Source of the DNA: a virus
Taxonomy: Duplodnaviria > Caudoviricetes
Virus record (IMG/VR): IMGVR_UViG_3300008114_000046
Location: 6,869-70,868 of that record
Reading direction: 5' to 3' (one strand)
DNA: 64,000 nt
This document shows, in pieces, positions 29,491 to 36,909 of the stretch; within the stretch, counting starts at the first letter, position 1; every line of letters starts with the position of its first letter. A program made the translations under genes and the position numbers. The notes beneath the pieces were generated by a model. The model did not search any database, was not told the DNA's origin, and saw only the letters and a list, made by a program, of their open reading frames with translations.

Positions 29491-29494
29491 ATTT

Positions 29495-29525
29495 TATTTA
29501 TACACCATAGATCTATAAATGTCAA
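29495..29525 (-). promoter_or_regulatory. Composite sigma70-like plus T4 late promoter
   Basis: TTGACA-17 nt-TATAAATA on the - strand. Confidence 0.8.
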
Positions 29526-29559
29526 CCACTCGTGGTGTTTCTAGAACAACTCGTGGTAT

Positions 29560-29876
29560 GTGTGGGCCCGTTCTGTTGCTAGGTGGAACCCATCCCCCGA
29601 AAAATCATGCAGCTAGTGCAAGACCTTCATATGCAGTGTTATCGTTTGCATTTACGTTTAGTGGCACTTTGCCAGTCAATCAGTCTCGAACCTTCCTATT
29701 ACACGAAAATCGAATTCCAAGGTCACCCCCATCAAAGACACACTGCCGGCCGCAAAAGGCGATCTCGTTGGCTAAGCCCAGAACTTTCGTCCCTGTCTAA
29801 ACAATGTGTCTATGGTGGAGGTGCGGGGAGTCGAACCCCGGTCTTTCCGCCTTTACTGTTGATTGTCATCAACTGA
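29560..29876 (-). ncRNA. ssrA: Circularly permuted two-piece tmRNA (alphaproteobacterial type); outer ends approximate
   Basis: Acceptor piece ends ...GACCGGGGTTCGACTCCCCGCACCTCCACCA at 29813. Intervening segment 29812-29731. Coding piece starts GGGGGTGA at 29730. Tag reading frame 29649-29605 = ANDNTAYEGLALAA*, followed by GCAACAGAA. Confidence 0.93.
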
Positions 29877-29881
29877 TATTC

Positions 29882-29912
29882 TATTTATATACTAGATTGA
29901 TTTAAATGTCAA
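29882..29912 (-). promoter_or_regulatory. Composite sigma70-like plus T4 late promoter of the tmRNA
   Basis: TTGACA-17 nt-TATAAATA on the - strand, immediately before the acceptor piece. Confidence 0.8.
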
Positions 29913-29915
29913 CCA

Positions 29916-30353
29916 TTAATTGCACCAAGATTGCTTTGCGTCGCCATAATATTCACGAGCAAAACCATTCTTGATAAGCAGATCACGAAGGCTCATACCA
30001 TCAAGCAAGATATCGCCAAGAATACGGCCACCAAACTTGTCCCAATCGTATAGAACAACCTGGTGCTTCTTTGTCGCAGCAATTACGTCCTTTGTAAAGA
30101 CAGAAGCCTGCTCACCGCGCTTCTTTTCGCTTTCACATTTAGCACGGAAGCTTTTCTCTGGAGTGTCGACACCAAAGATACGAACACCGAGCTCAGGCTT
30201 GAGTGGTGCTGGAAGATATGGCGCAATAACAACAACTGTATCACCATCGACTGCGCGAACAATGGTAGTATCATAGGTAACACCAACTGGTGTCTTCTGA
30301 GCAATAGCTGGAGTGGCTAGCATTACAAGTGCTAGTGCAATAAACTTCTTCAT
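29916..30353 (-). CDS. Thermonuclease (SNase-like) with signal peptide
   Basis: RAVDGDTV...VRIFGVDTPE...DKFGGRILG...LLIKNGFAREY; N-terminus MKKFIALALVMLATPAIA. Confidence 0.88.
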   Translation of the reverse strand: MKKFIALALVMLATPAIAQKTPVGVTYDTTIVRAVDGDTVVVIAPYLPAPLKPELGVRIFGVDTPEKSFRAKCESEKKRGEQASVFTKDVIAATKKHQVVLYDWDKFGGRILGDILLDGMSLRDLLIKNGFAREYYGDAKQSWCN

Positions 30354-30363
30354 ATATTATTCC

Positions 30364-30684
30364 TTAATTACAGGTAGTTTGCCAGTAGATGTATCGTTCA
30401 CCACGATGCCATTCTACAATTTGTTCGCGAACGCAATAACGTCTATCATAACGATAATCTGGTGGGTAGTAACGGTTATCGTATTCTTGTTCTCTGCGTT
30501 CTCTACGATCAGAGGAAAGAGCACCTACAACAACACCGCCAATGATTGCTCCACAAAGCCAGCCACAACCACCTTTACGGCGTTCATGTTGGCTATAGTC
30601 TCTGTCTCGTTTGCGGTGTTCGGCAAAAGCCGGAGTGGTAATTAACATGCTAGCAGCAAGAACAGATGCAATAAGCTTTTTCAT
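30364..30684 (-). CDS. Exported glycine-zipper hypothetical protein (start revised to 30684)
   Basis: MKKLIASVLAASMLITTPAFA signal peptide; GAIIGGVVVGAL segment; Arg/Tyr-rich tail. Confidence 0.65.
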   Translation of the reverse strand: MKKLIASVLAASMLITTPAFAEHRKRDRDYSQHERRKGGCGWLCGAIIGGVVVGALSSDRRERREQEYDNRYYPPDYRYDRRYCVREQIVEWHRGERYIYWQTTCN

Positions 30685-30685
30685 A

Positions 30686-30868
30686 TTAGAATTCCTCATC
30701 AATATCAGCAAACATAACTCGCTTACGAGGGTCACCTGATGTGATACAGCGAGTAAGTATGAGAGCTTCTTTGTAATTCTTTGTATGAAATCTTACCGGA
30801 AAGATGATTTCATCATCCTCGGTTTCTAAAGACATTCCTACAAAGTAAGTACCGTTTTCTTCTGTCAT
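30686..30868 (-). CDS. Hypothetical protein
   Basis: Fills the operon; AATAAATA late-like box just upstream. Confidence 0.55.
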   Translation of the reverse strand: MTEENGTYFVGMSLETEDDEIIFPVRFHTKNYKEALILTRCITSGDPRKRVMFADIDEEF

Positions 30869-30871
30869 GCA

Positions 30872-31120
30872 TTATTTATTATCGACAGATTCTTTCTTTT
30901 CCTCCACAGTATTCCATTTGAAGTGATTGCGGGCATAAACGATTCCAAGCGCAATGCTCATCGGAATCAATCCCCACGTTTGGCTGGCAATAATCCATGT
31001 AATCCAAAGGACTTGATTGCCGAGTCCAACTGCCCATGCACGTGGGTGATTGTTACCTGCCAGCAACGTCATCCAAATGGTAAGGCATGACATTAGCCAT
31101 GGCAGGTAAGTTACAATCAT
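30872..31120 (-). CDS. Small three-TM membrane protein (PnuC/SWEET-like half unit?)
   Basis: Three Trp-rich hydrophobic segments; coupled to the upstream gene. Confidence 0.5.
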   Translation of the reverse strand: MIVTYLPWLMSCLTIWMTLLAGNNHPRAWAVGLGNQVLWITWIIASQTWGLIPMSIALGIVYARNHFKWNTVEEKKESVDNK

Positions 31121-32064
31121 GCTGCGTCTGCAAATTCAACAGCGGTTTCCAAGGCCTTGGTCTTAAGGTTCTTATTAGCACCATACCAAGCCGAAGTCAG
31201 ACGATTGTCAGAATTACGACCAATCATGTGATCGGTCATGAAAGTGACAGCGTTGAATGCCTGCCACCAGCTACCTTCAGCAAATTCTGCACCAGGTTGC
31301 TGGTCCATGATTTCCAGAGCGATACCAGCATTCTTGCTGATTTCCTTCTTAGAACCAGATACTGGGAAGACACGAGTGAAGTAATCTACAATCGACTCGT
31401 CTGTGAAACGCTTCGAACCGAGATAAGCAGCCATTTCTTTGTACTTGGCAAGCTTTTCCTTGGCAACACCAAGAGTTTCCTTGACCAGATCACCATCGAA
31501 TTCACGACGGTGGCTTACCTTTACAATCTTGCTCGACTGAGTATTGAGCGAGAGAGTCAGAGTGTTGTTGCAAACAACGCGAATTGGAGTGAACCGGACA
31601 TCGATTGACCAGCCATATTTGTGAGGATTGGTGAAGAGGAGGTAGGACTCTACTGTATCACCCTTGAAAAGCTCGAAGCTTTCCTTGACCTTGGCAAGAG
31701 CCCAGACCAGCTGGCCATCACGAAGCGAACCAGCAGTATGCATTTCCATTTCACCGGCTGCAACGAAATCATTGAAGAATTCGAAAGCAGATTCGTTCTG
31801 ATTCGGAATCCAGTCGTCAGTGATAACGTCCAAGATCTTATTGTCAACATCACGAACCAGAGCAGAGTGGCCGACTGAAACCTGCTTACCAGCAATTTCA
31901 GCAAAGGCAGGAACCGGAGTCACTCGCCAATCAAGACCGGCAGCCTTGAGCATATCAACAGGAGTAATATCGGCAGGAACTTCAGTACCAAGACCGTGCC
32001 ACGGAGTTTCACCAGCATAAGCCATCGAAGCCTTGCCATCCATAAATTCAATCATATGTGCCAT
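31117..32064 (-). CDS. DUF932-family phage/plasmid protein
   Basis: MAYAGETPWHGLG...AGLDW...TAGSLRDG..VWALAK...TPIRVVCNNTL...WWQAFNAVT. Confidence 0.88.
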   Translation of the reverse strand: MAHMIEFMDGKASMAYAGETPWHGLGTEVPADITPVDMLKAAGLDWRVTPVPAFAEIAGKQVSVGHSALVRDVDNKILDVITDDWIPNQNESAFEFFNDFVAAGEMEMHTAGSLRDGQLVWALAKVKESFELFKGDTVESYLLFTNPHKYGWSIDVRFTPIRVVCNNTLTLSLNTQSSKIVKVSHRREFDGDLVKETLGVAKEKLAKYKEMAAYLGSKRFTDESIVDYFTRVFPVSGSKKEISKNAGIALEIMDQQPGAEFAEGSWWQAFNAVTFMTDHMIGRNSDNRLTSAWYGANKNLKTKALETAVEFADAA

Positions 32065-32091
32065 AACAAAAACCTTTCCAATTGATAATTA

Positions 32092-32120
32092 AATATAGTC
32101 TATTTTCAAAATAATGTCAA
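32092..32120 (-). promoter_or_regulatory. sigma70-like early promoter
   Basis: TTGACA-17-TATATT. Confidence 0.75.
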
Positions 32121-32125
32121 CAACA

Positions 32126-32284
32126 TTATGCATTATTTTCTTCAAGAGCAATCAGCGTACCGAAGCCGAACATGCTGAGACCAAGGCCACCTTGAAGAGC
32201 GAACCGAAGAAAACCAGCTTCTTCAGGTACACACATTGTAATCAAACCGGCAATCATAAGAACATAATGCATAACAATCTCCAT
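32126..32284 (-). CDS. Small membrane protein (52 aa, not in ORF track)
   Basis: MEIVMHYVLMIAGLITMCVPEEAGFLRFALQGGLGLSMFGFGTLIALEENNA*, downstream of its own promoter. Confidence 0.55.
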   Translation of the reverse strand: MEIVMHYVLMIAGLITMCVPEEAGFLRFALQGGLGLSMFGFGTLIALEENNA

Positions 32285-32297
32285 TCCTTATATTATT

Positions 32298-32326
32298 AGT
32301 ATAGTATATTTTGATAAAAATGTCAA
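32298..32326 (-). promoter_or_regulatory. sigma70-like early promoter
   Basis: TTGACA-17-TATACT. Confidence 0.78.
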
Positions 32327-32502
32327 CCGTTTTTTTCAATAAAATCACATACTAGCTGAAAAAAATCATCAGGCTTTTCGACTTCAAGGACCATCAAATA
32401 GTCACGAACATCCTCAGTGACTCCATGCTTTGCAAAGTAATTTGCAATGGCCTGTTCAACGGTTGGCATTCCAAAGTATTCAATGGTAGGAGAATTGCTC
32501 AT
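32323..32502 (-). CDS. Hypothetical protein (59 aa, not in ORF track)
   Basis: MSNSPTIEYFGMPTVEQAIANYFAKHG...; ATGA-coupled to the upstream ORF. Confidence 0.6.
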   Translation of the reverse strand: MSNSPTIEYFGMPTVEQAIANYFAKHGVTEDVRDYLMVLEVEKPDDFFQLVCDFIEKNG

Positions 32503-32705
32503 ACATCTTCTTCCATATGGTTAACCATGATCTCGATGATCTTTTCAAAGTCATCATCAGGGTGCAGCATATGATCTGCAGAGATATCACTATACATTTC
32601 AGTGCAAGTCTTCATGGCTTCAACACCATGAGTTCCACCAAGAGCTTCATAGATAAAATCATACGGATCATCCTGAGCAAGAATATATTCATACAAACGA
32701 GTCAT
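32499..32705 (-). CDS. Acidic hypothetical early protein
   Basis: RBS AGGA and promoter upstream. Confidence 0.65.
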   Translation of the reverse strand: MTRLYEYILAQDDPYDFIYEALGGTHGVEAMKTCTEMYSDISADHMLHPDDDFEKIIEIMVNHMEEDV

Positions 32706-32734
32706 AATGTTTTCCTTTCATTCCTTATATTCTT

Positions 32735-32763
32735 AGTATAGTTTATTTTCATAATAATGTACA
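32735..32763 (-). promoter_or_regulatory. sigma70-like early promoter (variant -35)
   Basis: TGTACA-17-TATACT, with a spacer similar to the neighbouring promoters. Confidence 0.65.
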
Positions 32764-32764
32764 T

Positions 32765-32806
32765 AAAAAAATGCACCCCAGAAACCCAGGGTGCATTTTT
32801 ATTTTT
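32765..32806 (-). terminator. Intrinsic terminator
   Basis: AAAAATGCACCC-loop-GGGTGCATTTTT inverted repeat with T tracts, after the 2OG oxygenase gene. Confidence 0.8.
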
Positions 32807-32822
32807 CAATACTATGAATGGT

Positions 32823-33389
32823 TTATCTAAACTTTGGTCCTTCAATCCAGGATACCAAGGAACGGCGAACACCTTTTGTTACAGGAGTAACTCGATGAGG
32901 AATAAAAGATGGGAATACTAGAACAGATCCTTTTTCTCTAATCTCTTCTTTTGGCAGCTGTGGATATTGCGGATCAATTTCAAAGTCACCACCTTCATAT
33001 TCACTAGGATCTGTAAGTTGAATTACTATAGAAATCTTACGATCAAATGTCGTAGGGTTAGCCCAAAACGCATCGTGATGCCAATCGTACTTGCCATTTT
33101 CTGTAGCATTATATGTGGTGTATTGAATATCATTTAGATAGGTGATATCAAATCCAAACGCATTGCGATTTGCAGCCTGTGCATAGTACCATAGCATGTT
33201 AGTAATGTCTGGACTGGTTGAAGTTGGAATCCATCTAATTTCACTTGATCGATATTCAAGATTCTTAGTAGATCCGTCAAAGCCTATTCCGGCAACCGTT
33301 GTTGGTTGAAGATTTCCGGTTTCAATGATATGTGAGATTTGCTGCTCAGAAGCTGCAGCTCTCCAATATTGCCATAATTGATTCATCAT
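32823..33389 (-). CDS. 2OG-Fe(II) oxygenase (prolyl-4-hydroxylase/PKHD-like)
   Basis: YDWHHD (HxD), RKISIVIQL, YEGGDF, FPSFIPHRVTPVTKGVRRSLVSW. Confidence 0.9.
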   Translation of the reverse strand: MMNQLWQYWRAAASEQQISHIIETGNLQPTTVAGIGFDGSTKNLEYRSSEIRWIPTSTSPDITNMLWYYAQAANRNAFGFDITYLNDIQYTTYNATENGKYDWHHDAFWANPTTFDRKISIVIQLTDPSEYEGGDFEIDPQYPQLPKEEIREKGSVLVFPSFIPHRVTPVTKGVRRSLVSWIEGPKFR

Positions 33390-34084
33390 TTGTTTCCATA
33401 TAATTGGTGATAGCTACGAACAAGATCAGCAGCTTTTTCGATATAATTGGAAGGCCGTTCAACAAAGACCTGTGCATCGATTTCATCATCAACACCAATT
33501 ATAATCACGATGTCTTTGATTGCAATTCCAGTCATTTCCCAGAGCATGTAGGCATAGAGGCTACACTGTAAGAAGTAACCTTCAATCCAGTCTTTACGCT
33601 TACGCTTAGTGGATGTCTTATAATCGATAATGGAAAGCCTACCATCGTAGTCTGCAATCAAGTCACAGGTACCAGCAATCTTGAGATGATGGCTGAAGAG
33701 TGTGCATTCAGTAGCACGAATCATATCAACCTTTTCGTCAAGGATTCCTTTAATCTGACGGAAAATTACCATGTTATGTGGCAACGAAGTATCAAATTCT
33801 TGATCAAGAATGTACTTCTCACACATGTTATGGATAGACGTCCCACGAGATGCGGCTCGCGCAGAAACCCTATTGGCTTCCTCATCACCTACTCTCTTGC
33901 GCCATTCGTTGAGCGCAGTCTTATCAGACATCTTACCGAGAACGGTAGTGACCGATGGATACCGTTGACCGGTAGGAGTCTCGTACAAACGAGCAGTTTC
34001 ACCATCAATGCGATTTAGATTTGCAAACTCGAGCAGATCAAATTCGAAATGTTTACGGTTGTAGTCCAAGCTTTTGGCGTGCAA
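33386..34084 (-). CDS. PD-(D/E)XK (Cas4-like) exonuclease
   Basis: YPSVTTVL...WRKRVG...RGTSIH...AGTCDLIA...IIDYKTS...YFLQCSLYA. Confidence 0.85.
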   Translation of the reverse strand: MHAKSLDYNRKHFEFDLLEFANLNRIDGETARLYETPTGQRYPSVTTVLGKMSDKTALNEWRKRVGDEEANRVSARAASRGTSIHNMCEKYILDQEFDTSLPHNMVIFRQIKGILDEKVDMIRATECTLFSHHLKIAGTCDLIADYDGRLSIIDYKTSTKRKRKDWIEGYFLQCSLYAYMLWEMTGIAIKDIVIIIGVDDEIDAQVFVERPSNYIEKAADLVRSYHQLYGNK

Positions 34085-34808
34085 TTATGTATTCCTTCAC
34101 AAGTTTAGAGCGCACAATATCGGCCTCTAAGAAATCAATATAATCAAAATCGGATAATCTGTCAATCACTTTTATGAACTCTTTTAAGCCATTACGCTCT
34201 TGTTCACGAGATAAGTCAGACTGACGGAAGTCTCCACAAAAAATCACTCGGCAATTCTTACCGATACGTGTGATAACAGAATCAAGTTCATGAAACGTCA
34301 TGTTATTGATCTCATCAACGATCACATAACAATTGTTCAGTGTAGTACCACGAACAAATGAGGTACTCATAAACTCAATGGCATTCTTTTGTTTTAGAAT
34401 GTCGTAAGCATCTCCACGTTCAAAAAGCTCGCTGCAAATTGCATAGTACGGAGCTTCATAGACCTTCATCTTTTCTTTCTGAGATCCTGGCAGGAATCCC
34501 ATGTCACGAGTCGGAACAACAGAACGGATTACGTAGATCTTTTCTTGTTCGCTTGTTCCACCAATCAAATCTTTAATTGCCAGATACATTGAAAGAAAAG
34601 TCTTACCAGTACCAGCCATGCCGTGAAGCATTAGATGTTTACCACTATGGAATGCATCAAACGTTTTCTTTTGGTTGTCTGTAAGTGGATGAACTCGTTT
34701 TAGATTAAAGTTTGGAGAGTTGAAACTTGGTTTGTTGTTCAGCAGATCTTGTTCTCCGTTTTGACGTAGAATTCTCTTTTGTCTTTTGGTAAGTCTTGCT
34801 TCAGTCAC
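34053..34808 (-). CDS. phoH: PhoH-family ATPase
   Basis: GMAGTGKT Walker A; RSVVPTRDMGFLPG; RGTTL; IVDE; GDFRQSDL. Confidence 0.92.
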   Translation of the reverse strand: MTEARLTKRQKRILRQNGEQDLLNNKPSFNSPNFNLKRVHPLTDNQKKTFDAFHSGKHLMLHGMAGTGKTFLSMYLAIKDLIGGTSEQEKIYVIRSVVPTRDMGFLPGSQKEKMKVYEAPYYAICSELFERGDAYDILKQKNAIEFMSTSFVRGTTLNNCYVIVDEINNMTFHELDSVITRIGKNCRVIFCGDFRQSDLSREQERNGLKEFIKVIDRLSDFDYIDFLEADIVRSKLVKEYIIARQKLGLQP

Positions 34809-34817
34809 GAATCATCC

Positions 34818-35117
34818 TTATTTTTTGTTTTTAGCTTTATTAACGGCGTCGCGAATCTTAGTGGCTTTAATGCTCTTATCTCCATGTTGCTGTCCGAGAG
34901 GAGAAGCCGGATTTGCTGTTCCAATCCTATTTAACAGATCTTTAAAGCCATCGTCGTTTTTATGAGTAACGCCTGCAATTCCAGAAATGAAAGCAGGAGC
35001 ACCAATGACTAGTTCTGCGTGTGGATTTTCTGCAAGGTATTCTTCTCGTGCAGACATAGAAAGGAACTCTTCCCAGGTTTCCCCAGTTTCTTTGTCCCTA
35101 AACTCATAGATTGGCAT
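34818..35117 (-). CDS. Conserved hypothetical protein (FmdB-like N-terminus)
   Basis: MPIYEFRDKETGE...YLAENPH pattern, common next to phoH in T4-like phages. Confidence 0.65.
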   Translation of the reverse strand: MPIYEFRDKETGETWEEFLSMSAREEYLAENPHAELVIGAPAFISGIAGVTHKNDDGFKDLLNRIGTANPASPLGQQHGDKSIKATKIRDAVNKAKNKK

Positions 35118-35287
35118 TAATAATCTTCTTCAATTAAATCAAACAAACCGCTTTTGGTTCGAGAACGAAGAGCTGAACGAATTCGTTTCTCTAAAAGCTT
35201 TTGGCCATGAGTTTCGTAGTGGTGGTCTTCGTAAAGATCATCGTCATGGCTATAGTACTTATTATTCCGCTTAATTGACTTGCTCAT
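35117..35287 (-). CDS. Hypothetical protein (56 aa, not in ORF track)
   Basis: MSKSIKRNNKYYSHDDDLYEDHHYETHGQKLLEKRIRSALRSR...; TAATG coupling to the next gene. Confidence 0.55.
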   Translation of the reverse strand: MSKSIKRNNKYYSHDDDLYEDHHYETHGQKLLEKRIRSALRSRTKSGLFDLIEEDY

Positions 35288-35696
35288 TGATTAACCCTGG
35301 AAATGCGAGGTTGACAACTTTGGTGGAGATAGTACGAGGTAGTTTCTTGTCTTTGACGGCAATCAATAGATTGGCATCACGCTTATCAATGGACTCAAGA
35401 AGACCAATGAAAAGCATTTCACGTTTCAATTGTGTAAGACCGGGTTGGTTTCCTTTAAGGTACATGTAAAGAGTACGAGCTTCTTGGTGAAGTCGACCTT
35501 CTACATCTAAGTACTCACATGGTTTAAATGGTGGAGCTCCTTCAGGAATTTCCCACTCGACACCTGGCACAAGAGCCAGTTCAAGAATATAACGAAGAGT
35601 TGATGAATCGTTGTCACGAAGATACTGAGCACGATCTTCTATAACTTCGATCTTTGATGCTGTTTCTATAATTTGTGCAATTGTTTGTCTTGGCAT
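35271..35696 (-). CDS. Conserved T4-like hypothetical protein (start revised to 35696)
   Basis: IPEGAPPFKP...LKREMLFIGLLESID..DANLLIAVKDKKL motif; follows rnh. Confidence 0.7.
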   Translation of the reverse strand: MPRQTIAQIIETASKIEVIEDRAQYLRDNDSSTLRYILELALVPGVEWEIPEGAPPFKPCEYLDVEGRLHQEARTLYMYLKGNQPGLTQLKREMLFIGLLESIDKRDANLLIAVKDKKLPRTISTKVVNLAFPGLINEQVN

Positions 35697-35697
35697 A

Positions 35698-36549
35698 TTA
35701 AAACTCATTGATACTTTCGAGGAGGTTTTTGAGACGCTTTTCAATGAAGTAATTGAAAAGCTTGCTACGACCCTTGCCTGCCTGAGCTTCATACTCAACA
35801 AGCACTTGGTCACGTAGATTTTCTGGAATGAAGTTTAAATCAACAAGTTGTTGATTACGAAGGTAACCACGAAGCATGTTCTCATCGCAGAAGTCGCGAG
35901 GATCTTGGTTAAGCCATTCATCCAGTTTCTTTTGGCTAATTGGCTTTTGACGAGCGCCAACTACAAACGTGTTGTCAGCTGAAAGGAAGTTAGGAACACC
36001 ATCACCAACGTCGCCACGAATGATATGCTCCTTCATGAAGCGATCAGGATCGTTAGTGGTACGCCACTTCTTCTGAACAGGATCGTATTGCTTGACATTC
36101 ATGTAACGCTGCAGCTGAACAAAGTCCTTATCACCGGACATGATCAGAATCTTTTCTGAGGTATTACCAAACTTATCGACTAGAGTACCAATGACATCAT
36201 CGGCCTCGGCACCATCAATTTGAATAACGCGATAAGGGAAGTATTCTTTGAGTTCCTCACGAACCTTGCCGAGTGTGTCAAAGATCTGAGTCCAGTTGAG
36301 CTCAGACTTCTCACGGTTCTTACGGCGATTGGCTTTATAGTAAGGAAAGATTTGACGACGCCAGTTGTTACCAGCATCGCATGCAATAATCATCTCACCG
36401 TATTCATTCTTAAACTTTTGGTTATATGAACGAATTGAATTGAGAATCATATGGCGAAGAAGATCTTCTTCAAGCTCGGTGTTTGTATGGTTACCAAGCT
36501 GAACCATCAGATTGGAAATCATCACCTGAGACAAATCAACAATAATCAT
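35698..36549 (-). CDS. rnh: T4-type RNase H (5'-3' exonuclease)
   Basis: IIVDLSQV...WRRQIFPYYKANR...EADDVIG...SGDKDFVQLQ...GDVGDGVPN. Confidence 0.93.
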   Translation of the reverse strand: MIIVDLSQVMISNLMVQLGNHTNTELEEDLLRHMILNSIRSYNQKFKNEYGEMIIACDAGNNWRRQIFPYYKANRRKNREKSELNWTQIFDTLGKVREELKEYFPYRVIQIDGAEADDVIGTLVDKFGNTSEKILIMSGDKDFVQLQRYMNVKQYDPVQKKWRTTNDPDRFMKEHIIRGDVGDGVPNFLSADNTFVVGARQKPISQKKLDEWLNQDPRDFCDENMLRGYLRNQQLVDLNFIPENLRDQVLVEYEAQAGKGRSKLFNYFIEKRLKNLLESINEF

Positions 36550-36555
36550 AATATA

Positions 36556-36909
36556 TTACTCTTCATCCTTGTTGGGAAATTTGTATGTGTATGCAACCGT
36601 ATTATCTTCATTATAACTAAAATCAAAAATATTGTCAACCATAGAATGAAAAGGATGTTCAAGGCGATATTGTCTGCTAATCATCGCCTTGATGGATTCC
36701 ATTACCATAGCAACATCTTTGATATAATCGTCCGAGTTGATGTCAAGTCCATAAGACCCAAACATATGAATGAGATCTGGAATGACGTCATTCAGTACAC
36801 CATCAACATGGTCTTTACGATTCTGCGTAACCTGATCTGCAATTTCTTCTACTGATTGCGGAGGAGATTCACGTTTGAATCCAGGAAAGAGAACGATGTT
36901 ATCTGTCAC
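36556..36909 (-). CDS. Hypothetical protein
   Basis: ORF coupled within the operon. Confidence 0.65.
   Translation of the reverse strand: MTDNIVLFPGFKRESPPQSVEEIADQVTQNRKDHVDGVLNDVIPDLIHMFGSYGLDINSDDYIKDVAMVMESIKAMISRQYRLEHPFHSMVDNIFDFSYNEDNTVAYTYKFPNKDEE

Noticed and set aside
29813-29845. Standalone tRNA gene
   Set aside because: The T-arm and CCA belong to the tmRNA acceptor piece; there is no D-arm or anticodon arm, and no other tRNA was seen in the window
29519-29876. + strand ORFs of 93 and 97 aa
   Set aside because: They are antisense to the tmRNA gene
32823-33389. 2OG-Fe(II) oxygenase as a TET/JBP base hydroxylase feeding the glycosyltransferase
   Set aside because: Its motifs fit the prolyl-hydroxylase/PKHD-like group common in aquatic T4-like phages, and it is not adjacent to the GT; a link cannot be supported from sequence
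33386-34084. Cas4-like gene as evidence of a CRISPR system
   Set aside because: No repeat-spacer array or other cas gene is in the window; this exonuclease is a common T4-like gene next to phoH
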